Positions 14,327 to 27,497 of a stretch of DNA of 64,000 nt are shown here, in pieces. The number at the start of each line of letters is the position of its first letter. The first letter of the stretch is position 1. The position numbers and the translations under genes were made by a program. Under the pieces are notes generated by a model that made no database searches, was not told where the DNA came from, and was given only the letters and a program-made list of their open reading frames with translations. Source of the DNA: Setoptus koraiensis (lineage: Eukaryota; Animalia; Arthropoda); the NCBI GenBank assembly GCA_048013815.1, contig CM106586.1, forward strand, positions 10,416,001-10,480,000, given 5' to 3'.

Positions 14327-16188
14327 GCCGCCAGACCGGAAGCGTGGGCACGCGGCTCCGTTGCAAGCGGGCATTGCGCTGCCCCCGTTCACTGGCCACT
14401 CGTTGCTTCTGTTTGCCACCGTTTTGTTTACCGTTTTCCGCATCGCCCAACACGAAATTGGCCGAAATCGGTCAAAATTGGCCGAAATCGTACGAAATCG
14501 TGTGAAATTGGCCAAAATCGTCCGAAATTGAACGTCGGTCATTAGCGACGAGTCATTAGCCTGGCACTGGCCTGCACAAATTGTAAATTGCGGCGGGCGT
14601 GACGCAATTGAAATTGTTGAGCGCTCCAATTATGATTGTCGCGTCGAGCCGATAATGATAAGTGACAAGCAGCTGACGAGCACCCATGATAGACTATCGT
14701 AATTGATAGTACAGCAATAATTAGTGTTATCATTGGCCGGCAGGGAATTATCCGATTCGGACTGTTGGTTGGTATGCAAGCGTGCACTGGCAGTGCGTGT
14801 ATGACGGGCGCCGCCGCAACCATTTGTCATTTGGCCTAATGGCGTAATTGGTGGCCTAATGGCGTAATGGCATAATGGCAGCATAAGCAGCAGCCGTTTG
14901 TGTCCCGTTGTTGTTGTTGTTGCTGTTGTTGTTGCTGTTGTTGCTGTTGTTGTTGCTGTTGTTGCTGTCGATTACTCACATTGGCAGCCAGCCGACTGAT
15001 TGGCCGCCAATGTGGCTTCTGTCGGGCAATGATGCAATTGTTGTCAATATTATTGACTCAATAAGTGACGTGTATGATGATCAATTGCATCATAGTGCGG
15101 CGCATAGATGGTTGTTGCATCATCGCGCTGATGCAACCATCGATGGCCTCATCAACTTGTAAGTTACAAGTTGGTTGCGTCAGACAGTGCACAAAGTAAA
15201 CATGCGCGTAAATCGCTGCTTGCTTGCTTGTTTGTTTGCCTGCCTGTTTGTTTGTGTGACTCCCAGTCGTGTGTGTGTGTGTGTGTGTGCGCGTGTGTGT
15301 GTGTGTGTGTGTGTGCGTGTGTGTGACGTAACAACGTCATTAGCAGTGATAAGCTAGAAGCGGCCACAAATAGATGGAGTCGTTGCCGTTAGTTTAAACT
15401 AGTTTTGCAAATGAACAAATATTTACAAGTGCACACACTCTTGTCGGTCCGTTACTCTGTTTGTGTGCTCGTGGGCAATATAGCGATACAACGGTAAAGC
15501 GATATAGCGATACAACGGTAAAGCGATGCAGAGGCCAGTTACATGCTGCAATGACGATAGGCTACATGTTACGTAACAAGCTGACCAGTGTCGCTGCTGT
15601 CCTATGTGTGTGTGTGTGTGTCGCAATCAAAACTCGCTGTTGCATCATTAGCGGACTTGCCAATTTTGCCGGCCAGCCAAACTTGTGCTCATAGACATTG
15701 TAACTCGGACCGGAGGTCACGTCGGTTGCCGGCCCCCCATTTGGGGCCCGTCGGTGTCGGGGGCGGCCCAAGCAGCACGCTGGCTACAACACTGCGCTGC
15801 CGGCATGACACAGTGTCATGCCGGCAGCTAATGGCGACATTAGCCGGGCATTAAATTCGCGCTTCAATTGAATGGCGCCGCTATGCGGTCTTGGCACAAC
15901 CGCCCAGACCGCATCCCGGCGCCACAGTGCAGCATCCGTTGACCGGGCTGCTGCATATAACAAAACAATCGCAACAAACAACCAAGCAACCGGGCCCAAT
16001 CAAGCGGCACGCACGCCATTGTTTGAAACAATTAACCAGCCACTTGGCGCCGGCCAGTTTTCTTTTCACGGGCGCCACTCCGGACAGGGCAATGGCCAAG
16101 GGCAGTAAATAATGGTCGAAAGCACCAAGTTGCAAATGACCAGCGCCAGTTTGATGGATTTTCGCGCCAGACTGACACGTCTCAGGAG

Positions 16189-16274
16189 TCTGAAGAGTCT
16201 GAAAAGTCTCGCAGGTCTGAAAAGTCTCGCAGGTCTGAAGAGTCTGAATGGTCTGAAAAGGCCGAAAAGTCTGA
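16189..16274. repeat. 9-bp-based tandem repeat (GTCTGAAAA/GTCTCGCAG), ~9 units
   Basis: Direct reading; the 18-bp higher-order unit GTCTGAAAAGTCTCGCAG is duplicated. Confidence 0.85.
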
Positions 16275-19200
16275 CAACAGTCCAACTCGGCCCCCACTTG
16301 AAACACCGTGTCTAGACAGCACAATTCGATCACCTGGGCGCTGCGCAAACTTTGTCAAGTAAGCAAAAGTTTCGCCTCCGTGTTTCGCCCCCATGTTTCG
16401 CCTCCAAGTTGCGCCGTTCATACAAACTTCGGAATCCCAAGTTCGGATCGTGTGACGGACTTGGAAATTTATCACAATTTTCATTGGCGCACATTTTCGT
16501 TCGGGCACAATAACACGAAACACGTCGTTTTCGGTTCGGTTCCGGTAACATATTTCCATTTTTCTTTCTTTTTTTTCATTTTTTCATTTTTTATCCTTTT
16601 TGTCAGGTTTGACTTTTGGCAATTTCGAGCAAATTTTCGGCTTCCATCAGACACGTTCCATTTCGTGTCGTCGATCATTTTTCCCTACTCATGCCTCGCA
16701 ACAGCCTCGCATTTCGTGAGCTCGCACAGGGCCGAAATTGTTCGAAAAAAAAAATCGATTGCACGATACGTGCGCCGTTTCGGCCGGGTATCAAGCCGAA
16801 ATAACTGGCAACTGGGTTCTAAGCTAAAAGCTGATACTTTTCGCCGCACGCCGAAAAAACAATACCATCAACCATTTTTCTCGAAAATTGCACACTCCAC
16901 TTCCGAAGTGGTCCCCACCAAGAAGTGAATCAGGAAATTGGATTCTCGTGCTGGAATTCATTTTTCACCGGACAGATTCTCATCCGAAATGTCTGGAAAA
17001 TGTCCTGAGTGGAGCCCATTATAAGGTAATCGTAATCACTAATTATTGGCAAAGTTTCGCGCTATAGTGTGGCGATTCCATTAGAGAGCAGGTTTTTTTC
17101 AAACTATTCCGAATTCGGACAGCTCAAACAATTTCGGGCTGGCCACAACCAAACGACACCAAAGCTATTGCTTGTCCGCTAATGATAACGCGGCAGTCGG
17201 TCAGTTTTCGGGACGATTTCGGGCTCGGCGGCTCGCTTGACAGTTGCTCGATCAGCTGGGCCCACATCGACAACTATCATTAGATCATGTGTAGTGATCA
17301 AGTTGCCAATCAGCGTTATTACGGATTGCAACGATAGGTGCATTGCCACGACAGTGTCATTACAACAGATGCGAGATGGGTTTTATCTTTGCATGCGTGC
17401 AAAAAGTTATAATCCCGGCGAGAGTTATTGATTAAACGGGTGAAAGTGAGCCGAGAGTAAAAAAGTTGCCTGACCAATAAGCTGTTGGGCTATGACATAA
17501 GTTGACTGGACGACAATGCGGGCCGGCCATTGTCAGCCAGCCGAGAACTGACAGTTGTCGGACACAACGAACGTGACAAGCAGCCCGTTATGATGTGTCA
17601 GCGTGTTCACATGCGCAAAAAAGCCCGATTGATCACCTGCTCTTTTTCGGTGCGTCCGAAAAACTCATATTGGATTTCTTGGGGCCACTCGTAAGTCTTT
17701 TGTCAAGCGCCGTTTTTCGCGTTTGGCCGTTATTTCGCCAGACGGCACATAGCCGAATATTTGCGGTGTCGTGGGTTCGGTGCGGCCGGGCCCTCGAAAG
17801 CCGAGGCACGTACTGCCAGGCCGATCGGCCAGCAGATTGGATTGAAACAACTAATAGCCCCGCTGTCTTCGTGACGCAACGCGGTCCTCAGTTGTGTGTG
17901 CGTTGGCCATTATTGAATGGTGGCCACTCGAAATTGCTCGACTGTCGGGCGCGTTCCGCTGGCCGCGAGCGGCGCCGAGAGATAAAAATGGCCAAGTGAC
18001 CAACTGGTCAGCCAAATATTGGAGCTGTTTGCACACGGACCGCGTCAAGTGGTTCGCGCGCACCGGCTTCGAGATACGGGCGACCCAATGGCGCCACACT
18101 ATTGGGTGCCGATGTTGTGTTGCTCGCCGGGCAAAAAGTGGACAGAGCGCGAGGGCGAGCGGCCCGCAATCAATTTGATCCAATTCTGCTCGCCAGCGGC
18201 TCGCCGCCGCTCTCGGCCGCTGCTCTCGGCCGCCGTCGGCTGCTGTCGGCTGCTGTCGGGTCCCCGGTGGCGCCAGCGCCGTCCAGCGCTGCTCATTGCG
18301 GCCGCCAGTCGCCCGTTCGCCTGTTTGTCTGGCGAGTGCATTGTTTTTGTTTGTTGAGGCGACATTTGCGGGGCCCGTCTGACACGCAGTTACCGCCAGT
18401 TACTGGCCGGCTGGCTGGTGCGAGCGGCTCAAGTGAGCCCGACGGCACAATCTAATCAGCCCGCGAGTCGCCATTTATCAGCCCGGCGGCTGGACGTGCC
18501 GGCCGACGCGACACATAACTGTAAATTGTGGTGACGTGCGCTAACAATGTGGCGACATTGTTACCATTTAAACGGACGAGCGAGACGAGCGAGACGAACG
18601 ACAAGCCGAGGCGCGTGCATCCGTTCGATTAGCCGAATTATCGGCTAGCGAATTAGCGGGCCGGGGGCGACGGCCCGCCAGCTGGCCGGCCGCGCGCGGC
18701 CGGAAGTCGCCGGATTGAGCTGTCCCGCGCGGCCGTCAAGTTGGCCCATTCGACGCCGAAACGGCCCGGTAACAACAACAACAACAGCAAGCGTCTGAGG
18801 CCACTCACAAGGCGCACGGCAAGCCGCTGTAACTGCGAGCTGTTTGTTTGTGCTAGTGGCACCGAGCAACGTTACATAACTTGTAAAATATTGCCCCTGG
18901 CCAGAGCATACACGTGCAGTAGTAACAACAGTATGACGGCGCTCAGCGACGCCACAATCACAAACAAAGTGCGCATAAGTGGCCACGACCAGACCGGCCG
19001 CCGGTCAGTTTGGTTCAAACGCATTTAGCTGAATAGTTTTGTTTGGCCGCTTGTCGGCCGCGTTCAGTTTAACGCGGTCAACTCCGACCAAGTCGCGTCT
19101 TGGGCCGGCGGCCCGTTCGCATTCGGGTTCGGCGGGCCCCCCGAGAGGCGCCCCGCCAACCAATTTACTTATCTGGCCACTAGAGCGTGATTTGATACAC

Positions 19201-22200
19201 CTGCGTCCTGCCGAGCCACTGCTGGCCGCCACTTGCAAATCAGACTGGCCGCCAAATCAGCTGGCCGGCAAATCAGTTGGCCAGCGCGTGTGGGTCACAT
19301 AGCGACTTTCGCGAGTCGCGACCACTCGTTCACTTGTCATTTGGCGACACGCACTCACCTGTGCAGCGAGCCCGTTGGCCATTGTTCGCGGGACTGAATC
19401 TCAGCCTGGCGCCGCCGCTCGGCCGATCGCTGCAAAATAGCTGGTGCGTGTGCACGCCGGCGAGCGCCGACCGTCGGACTTGGGGCTCCCGAGGCTCTTC
19501 GTCTGCGGCAAAACAACATCAGCACGCACGCGACCAAATAACAATGCAACCAACGCAGACAGATTAGCGATCTGGCGGGCCCCGGCGAGCGGCCCAACTC
19601 GCCAAATTAGTCTGGCCAAAGGGGTCTGGCCAGGGCAGTCTGACTGGTGATGCTTGTCGAGCAAATCAATCAATCTGGCCGCTCGGGCGATGTTGTGTTT
19701 GTACGTTTGTTTGTTTGTTTGTTTGTTTGTTTGCTTGCTTGTTTGTTTGTTCGTTTGCGCGATTACACGCTAGTGGGGCCCTGCTCACCTGTGTGACTTG
19801 CACACTCGGTCAGTCTGACTGAGCGGGCCCCACGGCGCCGCTCGCGCGGCTTACAAGATAATGAGATGATGGGGCCGGCGCGCAAGTGGTCAGTGGCTAT
19901 CGCAACGGCACACACTCGCGCGCGCGCCCAGTGATTTAATCGGGCGCCGGCCAGAGTCGGGCCGGCCAGTAATAAGTTGGCGCCAAGGCCATTATTGTGC
20001 GATATTGATTGTCATCAATTCTGGCAAACAAACAATTGGCCCAGAAACAACACTGAAATTGCAATTGTTTTCGCCAATAAATCCATACATTTGGCGGGCC
20101 CATCGTGCGCTCGTTCGCGTGCCCGGCCCCCCGCTCGACGTCCGAGGGGGATTTCGGGCCGACGGGCCCGAAATTCCGCCTCGGAATCCCGGCGGCTGCC
20201 CGCTCTGCCGCAGTCGCTGCAGTTGCTGCTGCCGTTGCTGTCGTTGCTGTTGTCGCTCCAGTTGTTGTTGTTGTTGTTGTTACCGAAATAGAACGGCCTT
20301 GAGCGGGCAATATATCTCTTCGACTTGTTTTACAGCCGTCGGGCCGATATGGCCCAATGCGGCCCGCGACAGCAGCGGTTATTCATTAGTGCAAGTGGTC
20401 GGGCGAGCGGGCCCGTCAATGGTGGCGATTGTGTGACAATCATCATGGCTGCTGGCGACGCGAGTAACAGTAGACGCCCTCAGCGCCGCACAAGGCCGAC
20501 GTATCAAATGAGCCTTGTTCGAGTGGCCCCATTTCCCGTTTCTGATATGCCCGATGCCCGGCCGCGAACGGCTCGCCCGTCACACGGGCCGGGCCCGCCG
20601 CGTCCGTTGGCCCGCCGAGCGACGGTTGCTCGCCAAGTCGACTCTTTATTATTTAGCGAGCGCTTGCCAGAGGAAGCGACCCGTATCCGGCGAACGGCGA
20701 ACGGCGAACGCCGGCCCGATTCCGCCGCGCTTCCCGCGCGGCCACGAACGGCACCGGGCGGCGAATGTCAAGGCGAGCCCGATAGCTAGCGCGAATCACG
20801 CTGGGGCCGTTATTTTGTTCGTTTGGTCGTAACGGCTCAGTTGGCCCAATTTGCTCCAATTTGGCCCATCTGTCTGATTTGGCCCGTTTGGCTGGGCCAG
20901 TCAGATTGGCCCGATCGGCCATCGAGATTGTTGGCCGCGCGGTTGTTAGTTGTTGGTCTACTTTTTCGTGCCATATCCGCGATATTTGAGGATGATTCAT
21001 TGCGCTAATATAAATAGTCGGACATGGCGAAATTTTGTGTGACGTGGGTCTAGTGGCGTACACACGGATCGCGTTTGTAGACAATGCCAATCCAGCGGCA
21101 ACACATTAGTGCCATTCGTTTAGCGAGAGTGCTCCGCATGAACAACAATTGATTGCATATTGGTCCGCTGGGCCCCCTAACCCGCCGACGGGGCCCCACT
21201 TGCGTCGTTTGCATGGGTGGCGCGCGACGGGCCTCAGACATTTATTAGCAGTTGAGCGGACACAGCAGATGGGGGGGGACCCAGCCGAGCGCCGGACTCG
21301 TGTCAGGGGCCACGCGCTCGGCCCCTTGATTAACTATCTTCATTAGCGGCCGACATTACGTAATATTGATTATATGACGACGTTGTATGTGAGCCGCCGG
21401 CTAACACAGTAACAGAGGGGCAGAGAGCTCTATTAGGGCCGGAACAGCCCGTCCGTGTCTCAACTGATTTCTGGCCCCCCTCGCTCGGCCATCAATTCAT
21501 CGAGTGTGAATGCGTAATTTGCAGTTTGTCAGGCGACGCTGTTGTTGTTGTTGTTGCTGTTGTTGCTGTTGTTGCCGTTGTTGCTGTTGTTGCTGTTGTT
21601 GTTGTGCATAACAAGCAGCCCGACATAATAGGCTCGTGTGCAAAGTACCTGATATTAGTGATACATTATCGTGTAGATGCGTAGCAATTATTCACGCGTG
21701 AATCGCGCCCCGGCAGCCCGACAAACCGCCGACACACACAAGACAGCAGACAGCAGATGGGGCAAGGGCGTCGACGGCTCATCCGATGTGACGGCGCCGG
21801 CTTAAATTTCCCGTGCCGCCAATTTCCAGTGCCGCCAATTTCCAGTGCCGCGAACCACCGAAATGGGCCCGTTGGGGCCCCATTTGGCGCTGCTGTCGGC
21901 GACACACACACACATCGGCACTCAAATGATACACATTTCAGTTTATACATGCACAACATACAATATACATACGGTATGGGCAATATGGTGCCCAACAAGC
22001 AAACGGTCAGCATCGTGTGTCCAGCGGCCGTCACCGGAAACGGATGACATTTGGTATGCGTGCGTCGCTCGTCGCTTGCCAAATGTGTGCGCTCACTACC
22101 GCTGAAATGTGACACATCGAGCCATGGGGCCCCCTTAGTGGCCTTTAGTGGCCACGAGACAGCAGCGGCGCCGAAACTAAATATAGGGGCCAACAAATGG

Positions 22201-24227
22201 GAGTTTTCCAGTGGCCGGCGCGGCCACTGAAAATGCCGGGACGGCCGTCGTGCACTTTGCACCGGCGGCGCCACTTCCCCCGGCTCGGGGGCCCCCCGAG
22301 TGGGCTCGCAAGTATGTGTGACTGACATGTTTGTGCTTGTTTTGGGCGAGCTCGACAAGTCGGCCGCTGCACACACGCACAATGGGGCTGAGTGAAACAT
22401 TATTTTTCATGCCATTTGATAATGGCGGCCAGTTATCACTCTGGCTTCCGCCCCCACCCACCCCCCCTCATCGCTTGCCCGTCCTCAGGCTAACCTTTAG
22501 GCCCCCTGCCCCCCTCCGCCCGGTTGCATATTTGGCATCGTTTAGGTGACAAGCAGCTGCTGGCCCACTTTGTGACTTGATCGCTCGTCGCTGGCGCCAG
22601 CCAGCCGCGGGCGAGACGCGCATTACGCAACGCGCGATTTGTGACGGCGCCTACGAGAGGCCTAATGAAAAAAGGGGCCCCATTGGCCCCACCGGCAACA
22701 ACAACAACAGCAACAACGACATCAACAACAGCAGCAACGACAACAACAACGACAACAACAACGACAACAACAACGGCGAAAACAACAACGACAACAACAA
22801 CGACAGCAGCAGCAGGTGACGGCGGTGCACACGCACGATAGTTTTGGCGCTTTTTGTCCTGGCTCGCACCGTGGGCTCGCACCGTGGGCCCGCGCCAAAA
22901 TGCAGACACAGGGGCCCCACTTTGAGGGGAGCCGAGCGGCAGTGACAGCCGTAATTAGCATGACCATAATTCCATTTGTCGAGCCATTACATAACGCGCA
23001 ACGCTTTGGTTGGTTATTATTAATTTCTGTCTTTATCTCGTCCATCCATCTATCTAGCCATTTTAATTGCTCGGCCGATGGTCGTCGACTGGAGACTCTC
23101 CAGTGGAGGGGCCAACAAGCGGGCCGATTTGTCGGCCGCGCTTGTTGACGTGTCCGTCTGCCCATCAGGCCGGCTTTTTTAATCCCGGCGCCACTTGTGA
23201 GTAATGGCTGCTCCAGTTTTTTCGTGCGCTCGCCACCGTTACCGTTGGGCCCCACAACGACAGTTGTCGCTCTCGTTGTTGTTGCTGTCGCTGTTGTCGC
23301 TGTCGCTGTCGCTGTCGTTGGTCCCTGGAAAGTTTCGTTTCCCGCTTGCTGGCTCGGCAAGCGAGTCGCCAAACAAGCCCCGACCCACAAATCTGGCAAG
23401 CGCGCTGTTTGACAGTGGCTGAAGCCAAGTGGAAGCGAAAGATTACTCACTCTCTCGTGGCCTACGTAGGCACCGGCGGACGGTTTCCGACGACACCGAC
23501 GACGACTGGCTGCCGGCAGCGAAAACAACATTTGTTTTGTTTTGTTGTCGTTGTCGTTGTCGTTGTCGCTGCTCCGCTCGCCGGTTCTGTTGTTGCCTAA
23601 TGCCCCTGTTACGCAATTGTGCTAATATTACATAATAACGACCATCTTGTATATAGTGGTTGTATACAGTGTGTAAATTGTGTATGTGTGTGTGTATAAT
23701 AACAAATAGCGCGCCAGTATCTACTGAGAGCGCTATCTACTGAGGGGCCCAATGAGTGAATTTTAAATTGAATGGGGGGGGGCTGCTTTTTACAATTGTC
23801 ATTTCAATTGCGCCGCCGTATTGTGAACAACGACAACTCTTTGTTCACCCAAACCCACGCTGCAAAGCCAATATGTTGCTACATGTCGTGTTACACTGGC
23901 GACGGCCGGGGGCCCCACACTTGGCTGCCGGCCGAACTGTGGGCCCGAACAAGTAACAACTGGCACTGTTTACTTTGGGCCCCTGTGCGTGTGATGCCGA
24001 AATTGTTGTTGTTGTTGTTTGTTTATCTTGCAGACGATAAAATGGTTGGCTGTTTGGCGACAAAATTCCAGCGACGCAATCTCGCCGGCCCGCCAGCAAA
24101 AGTTGAGCCCTCAGCTCTCGCTGGCAAATGAGAAAATCTCTTAATTCCCGCTCGCTGCCAGCCCGTTGCTCTATTTGGCCAAGCGGCGACAAAAAGCCAC
24201 ACAGACAAAGGGGCCAAATTTGGCCGA

Positions 24228-24727
24228 NNNNNNNNNNNNNNNNNNNNNNNNNNNNNNNNNNNNNNNNNNNNNNNNNNNNNNNNNNNNNNNNNNNNNNNNN
24301 NNNNNNNNNNNNNNNNNNNNNNNNNNNNNNNNNNNNNNNNNNNNNNNNNNNNNNNNNNNNNNNNNNNNNNNNNNNNNNNNNNNNNNNNNNNNNNNNNNNN
24401 NNNNNNNNNNNNNNNNNNNNNNNNNNNNNNNNNNNNNNNNNNNNNNNNNNNNNNNNNNNNNNNNNNNNNNNNNNNNNNNNNNNNNNNNNNNNNNNNNNNN
24501 NNNNNNNNNNNNNNNNNNNNNNNNNNNNNNNNNNNNNNNNNNNNNNNNNNNNNNNNNNNNNNNNNNNNNNNNNNNNNNNNNNNNNNNNNNNNNNNNNNNN
24601 NNNNNNNNNNNNNNNNNNNNNNNNNNNNNNNNNNNNNNNNNNNNNNNNNNNNNNNNNNNNNNNNNNNNNNNNNNNNNNNNNNNNNNNNNNNNNNNNNNNN
24701 NNNNNNNNNNNNNNNNNNNNNNNNNNN
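24228..24727. other. Assembly gap (500 N)
   Basis: Run of exactly 500 N; the round size suggests a scaffolding placeholder. Confidence 0.99.
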
Positions 24728-26623
24728 GTGACTCGTCAGATTGTCGGCCAACTTGGCTCATACTTGACGGCGCAGCCCATTGAGCGCCGCTGGCGGCGGC
24801 GGCCAAGTTGCCGCCGGGATTAAAAAGACGGCCGGGATAAATCCAATTTAATGGCGACCATTTGAATGGAGCGACAACATTGTGATCACGGCGGCCATTG
24901 GATCAGATTGGATCATGCCAGTGAAAGGGCCTCAAATCCCGGTTTAATGAGATATGGTGCGCGCCAATTGAAATCAGACGCGCCGATATGCCGCCAGAGC
25001 GGCTTGGCGACACGATGCTGCCAGGCTAAGCTCGTCATGCCCAATACTGCACGTGATGAACGTGATTATTTTTTAGATTGTTTGTCGGTGGCGCCAGTTC
25101 ATTGTTGCGGGCACCATTTCGCTGGCCGCCGGGTTTTGGCTGAATTTTCGCGCCAGCCGAGCAGGCTATTTACGACGCGACACAACACAAACAAACGCAA
25201 AGTAAATAGTCGACTTTTGATCTGGCCCACAGTGCCTCTTTCCACAAGTGTTGTCCAGCGCAACGTCTTGACTAGGTGACACGAGTTAATAGCTGGCCGG
25301 CATCATAATCAGCGTTTAGCAGGCTCGCTCGCCAGCGCTGCGTCTGGCCGGCCGAAAACCGTTTCCCGAAGCTGGCCGAAGCTGGCCGAAGCTGGCCGAA
25401 ACTGGCCGAAATTTGTCGCTGTCGACGCTCGTCTGGGGCCAAAATATGATCTGATGTGAGCGTGTGTGGGGCCCGTGTGAGGCCAATAATAAGCAGACGC
25501 TTGACTCGAGCGGCTTGAGCATTATGATGTGACTCGTGATGCCGAGCCGGCGATTGAGTAATTGTGGCGGTATGGTCCTATGCAACTTGCGCAACTCGCA
25601 AGCGTATTTAAGCTGTTAATCGTTATGGCGAACGTACCGTTGTTACGGCTCTTAATAGCACAATAAATCTTGTTTACCTGTCCGCCCTGCCGCCCGACGG
25701 GGCGGCCGGCCCAGCGCCGACGGCTCTGTCGCTGGCTGGCCGGCTGCTTGGCTCGGGCTGGCCGGCTGCTTGGCTCGGGCCCTCGCAGCGGACGGCCGAC
25801 GGGCCGAGGTCAACGGGTTGCGCGGGCCGTGTGCAGTTTATTTCAAGGGTGCATAAATTTTCGGGCATTCCAACGGGCATATCCTCACATGCTCACATGC
25901 TTGCGTCCTCATATCCTCACATGCCTGCATTGTCATATCCGCCGGCCGCTCGCCATAACAAGTCGCTCCGAACGAGCATTCAGAGCGAGCGTTTCGGCTG
26001 AATTTTCCCCAGCTCGCGCCAACCGGTCGTCGCTTGCCACAATGGATATCCACGGCACAATGCAAAGACACAGTTCTAATCGTTATTATGATAATCGTTA
26101 ACATTAACAACACAATGGCAGCATGATTTAATATACTCTCAAATGATAATAACTGGGCCCGCCAGCCAGCCAGCCAGCGTATCATAGATTGTCCCATTGT
26201 GCATGCGTGCGTTTTTTGCTCGTCGCTCTCGCTGGCCCCAAATTTACAAATCCAATCTGCAAACTGCGTCACTGTGTAGCTGCAGTTTGTCGGTGCATTC
26301 GTTGGGGGCGCCTCGCAACGTCTTGCCGGCTCGCAACGTCTTGCCAGCTCGAAACATCTGCCAGCAGCAGCATCATTTACGGCCTGGCGTTGTTGGCGCC
26401 CCTCGGAGATTATTCCAAATTACCTAGCTACGCATCGGCATTTCGCCCCCGCCCCCTCGCCGAATCAAAGATGATGCGAGCCAGAAGTAACGGCGCCTTG
26501 CCACCAAGATAAGAGATCCGAAACTGGATAACATCGGCCAAGCAATCGCCTAACTGGGCTCGGATATGCGCGCGCCCCCGGTTCTTTCATTGAGTCAGTG
26601 TATCAAAAGTCGCCCTTTACACT

Positions 26624-26731
26624 CACGCGCACACGCACACACACACACGCACACGCACACGCACACGCACACGCACACGCACACGCACACGCACACGCAC
26701 ACGCACACGCACACGCACACGCACACGCACA
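26624..26731. repeat. (CACACG)n-type microsatellite, strictly alternating purine/pyrimidine, ~108 bp
   Basis: Direct reading. Confidence 0.95.
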
Positions 26732-27420
26732 AAACAATAATAATGCAATTTAACGAGCGTATCAAAATTAGATCGCGGAAACAGACCGAGCGCAGCGGCT
26801 CTGGTCGCAGCCACGAAAATAACTAAATGATTATAGGCGACAGATATAGACAGATAAGTTGACATTACTGGCGAGCCGGGCGCGCAATCGTTGCCGAGAG
26901 GGGCGCGCAATCATTGCCGAGAGGGGCCAGAAACAGCCCAAGTTGGCTCAGCCGGATCGCCAGACTAATAACGAACGTCTGTCCGTCTGAATAGCTCGCC
27001 GGCCGGGCTCGTGCGTTGTTACAATGCACGGCACATGTTAGAATAAAACATGTGTGCCGAGCCCCAAATCAAATAAAAATACGGACCGCCGGGCAGAGCG
27101 GGCCCCCGTGCGGGCCCGCCAACTGGGCAAGCTTGCCAGGCTCAATTAATGCCAAGAGTGGCCTGTGTGGCGCGCCTCGTTGTTGGCTCGGATAATGTGA
27201 GTCGGATCGGTGCAACTGGCTGCTGCCGGCGCCGGCGGGATCTCCGATGGCAGTCACCCGATCATGTTGCTAATTGTGCTTTCTTGGCGGCCGCCTTTGC
27301 CCAATCTCTGGCCAAATCATGCCAGCCGCCGCGTGGGCGGCCCACAATGGCTTGCGGGCGGCTTAGCGGGTCCGATTGCGCGCTGGCCTACGGCATTACC
27401 GGCGAGAGAGAGAGAGAGAG

Positions 27421-27497
27421 ATGATTAACGCCACATGATTAGGGAGAGATGATTAGCGAGAAATGATTAGGGGAGAGTTGATTAGGGAGGGATGAGG
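27421..27497. repeat. 14-15-bp tandem repeat ATGATTAGGGAGAG, ~5 copies, preceded by (GA)n at 27404-27421
   Basis: Units start at 27421, 27435, 27449, 27463 and 27478. Confidence 0.85.

Noticed and set aside
20814-20826. 13-nt match to the 5' part of miR-375 (TTTGTTCGTTTGG)
   Set aside because: The match stops there, and the sequence sits in the loop of a short stem rather than on the arm of a pre-miRNA hairpin.
24023-24823. ORFs spanning the N run
   Set aside because: Artefacts of the 500-N gap.
27435-27491. TTAGGG words as an interstitial telomere or G-quadruplex
   Set aside because: They are part of a 14-bp unit, not tandem TTAGG(G), and the G-runs are too widely spaced for a canonical G4.
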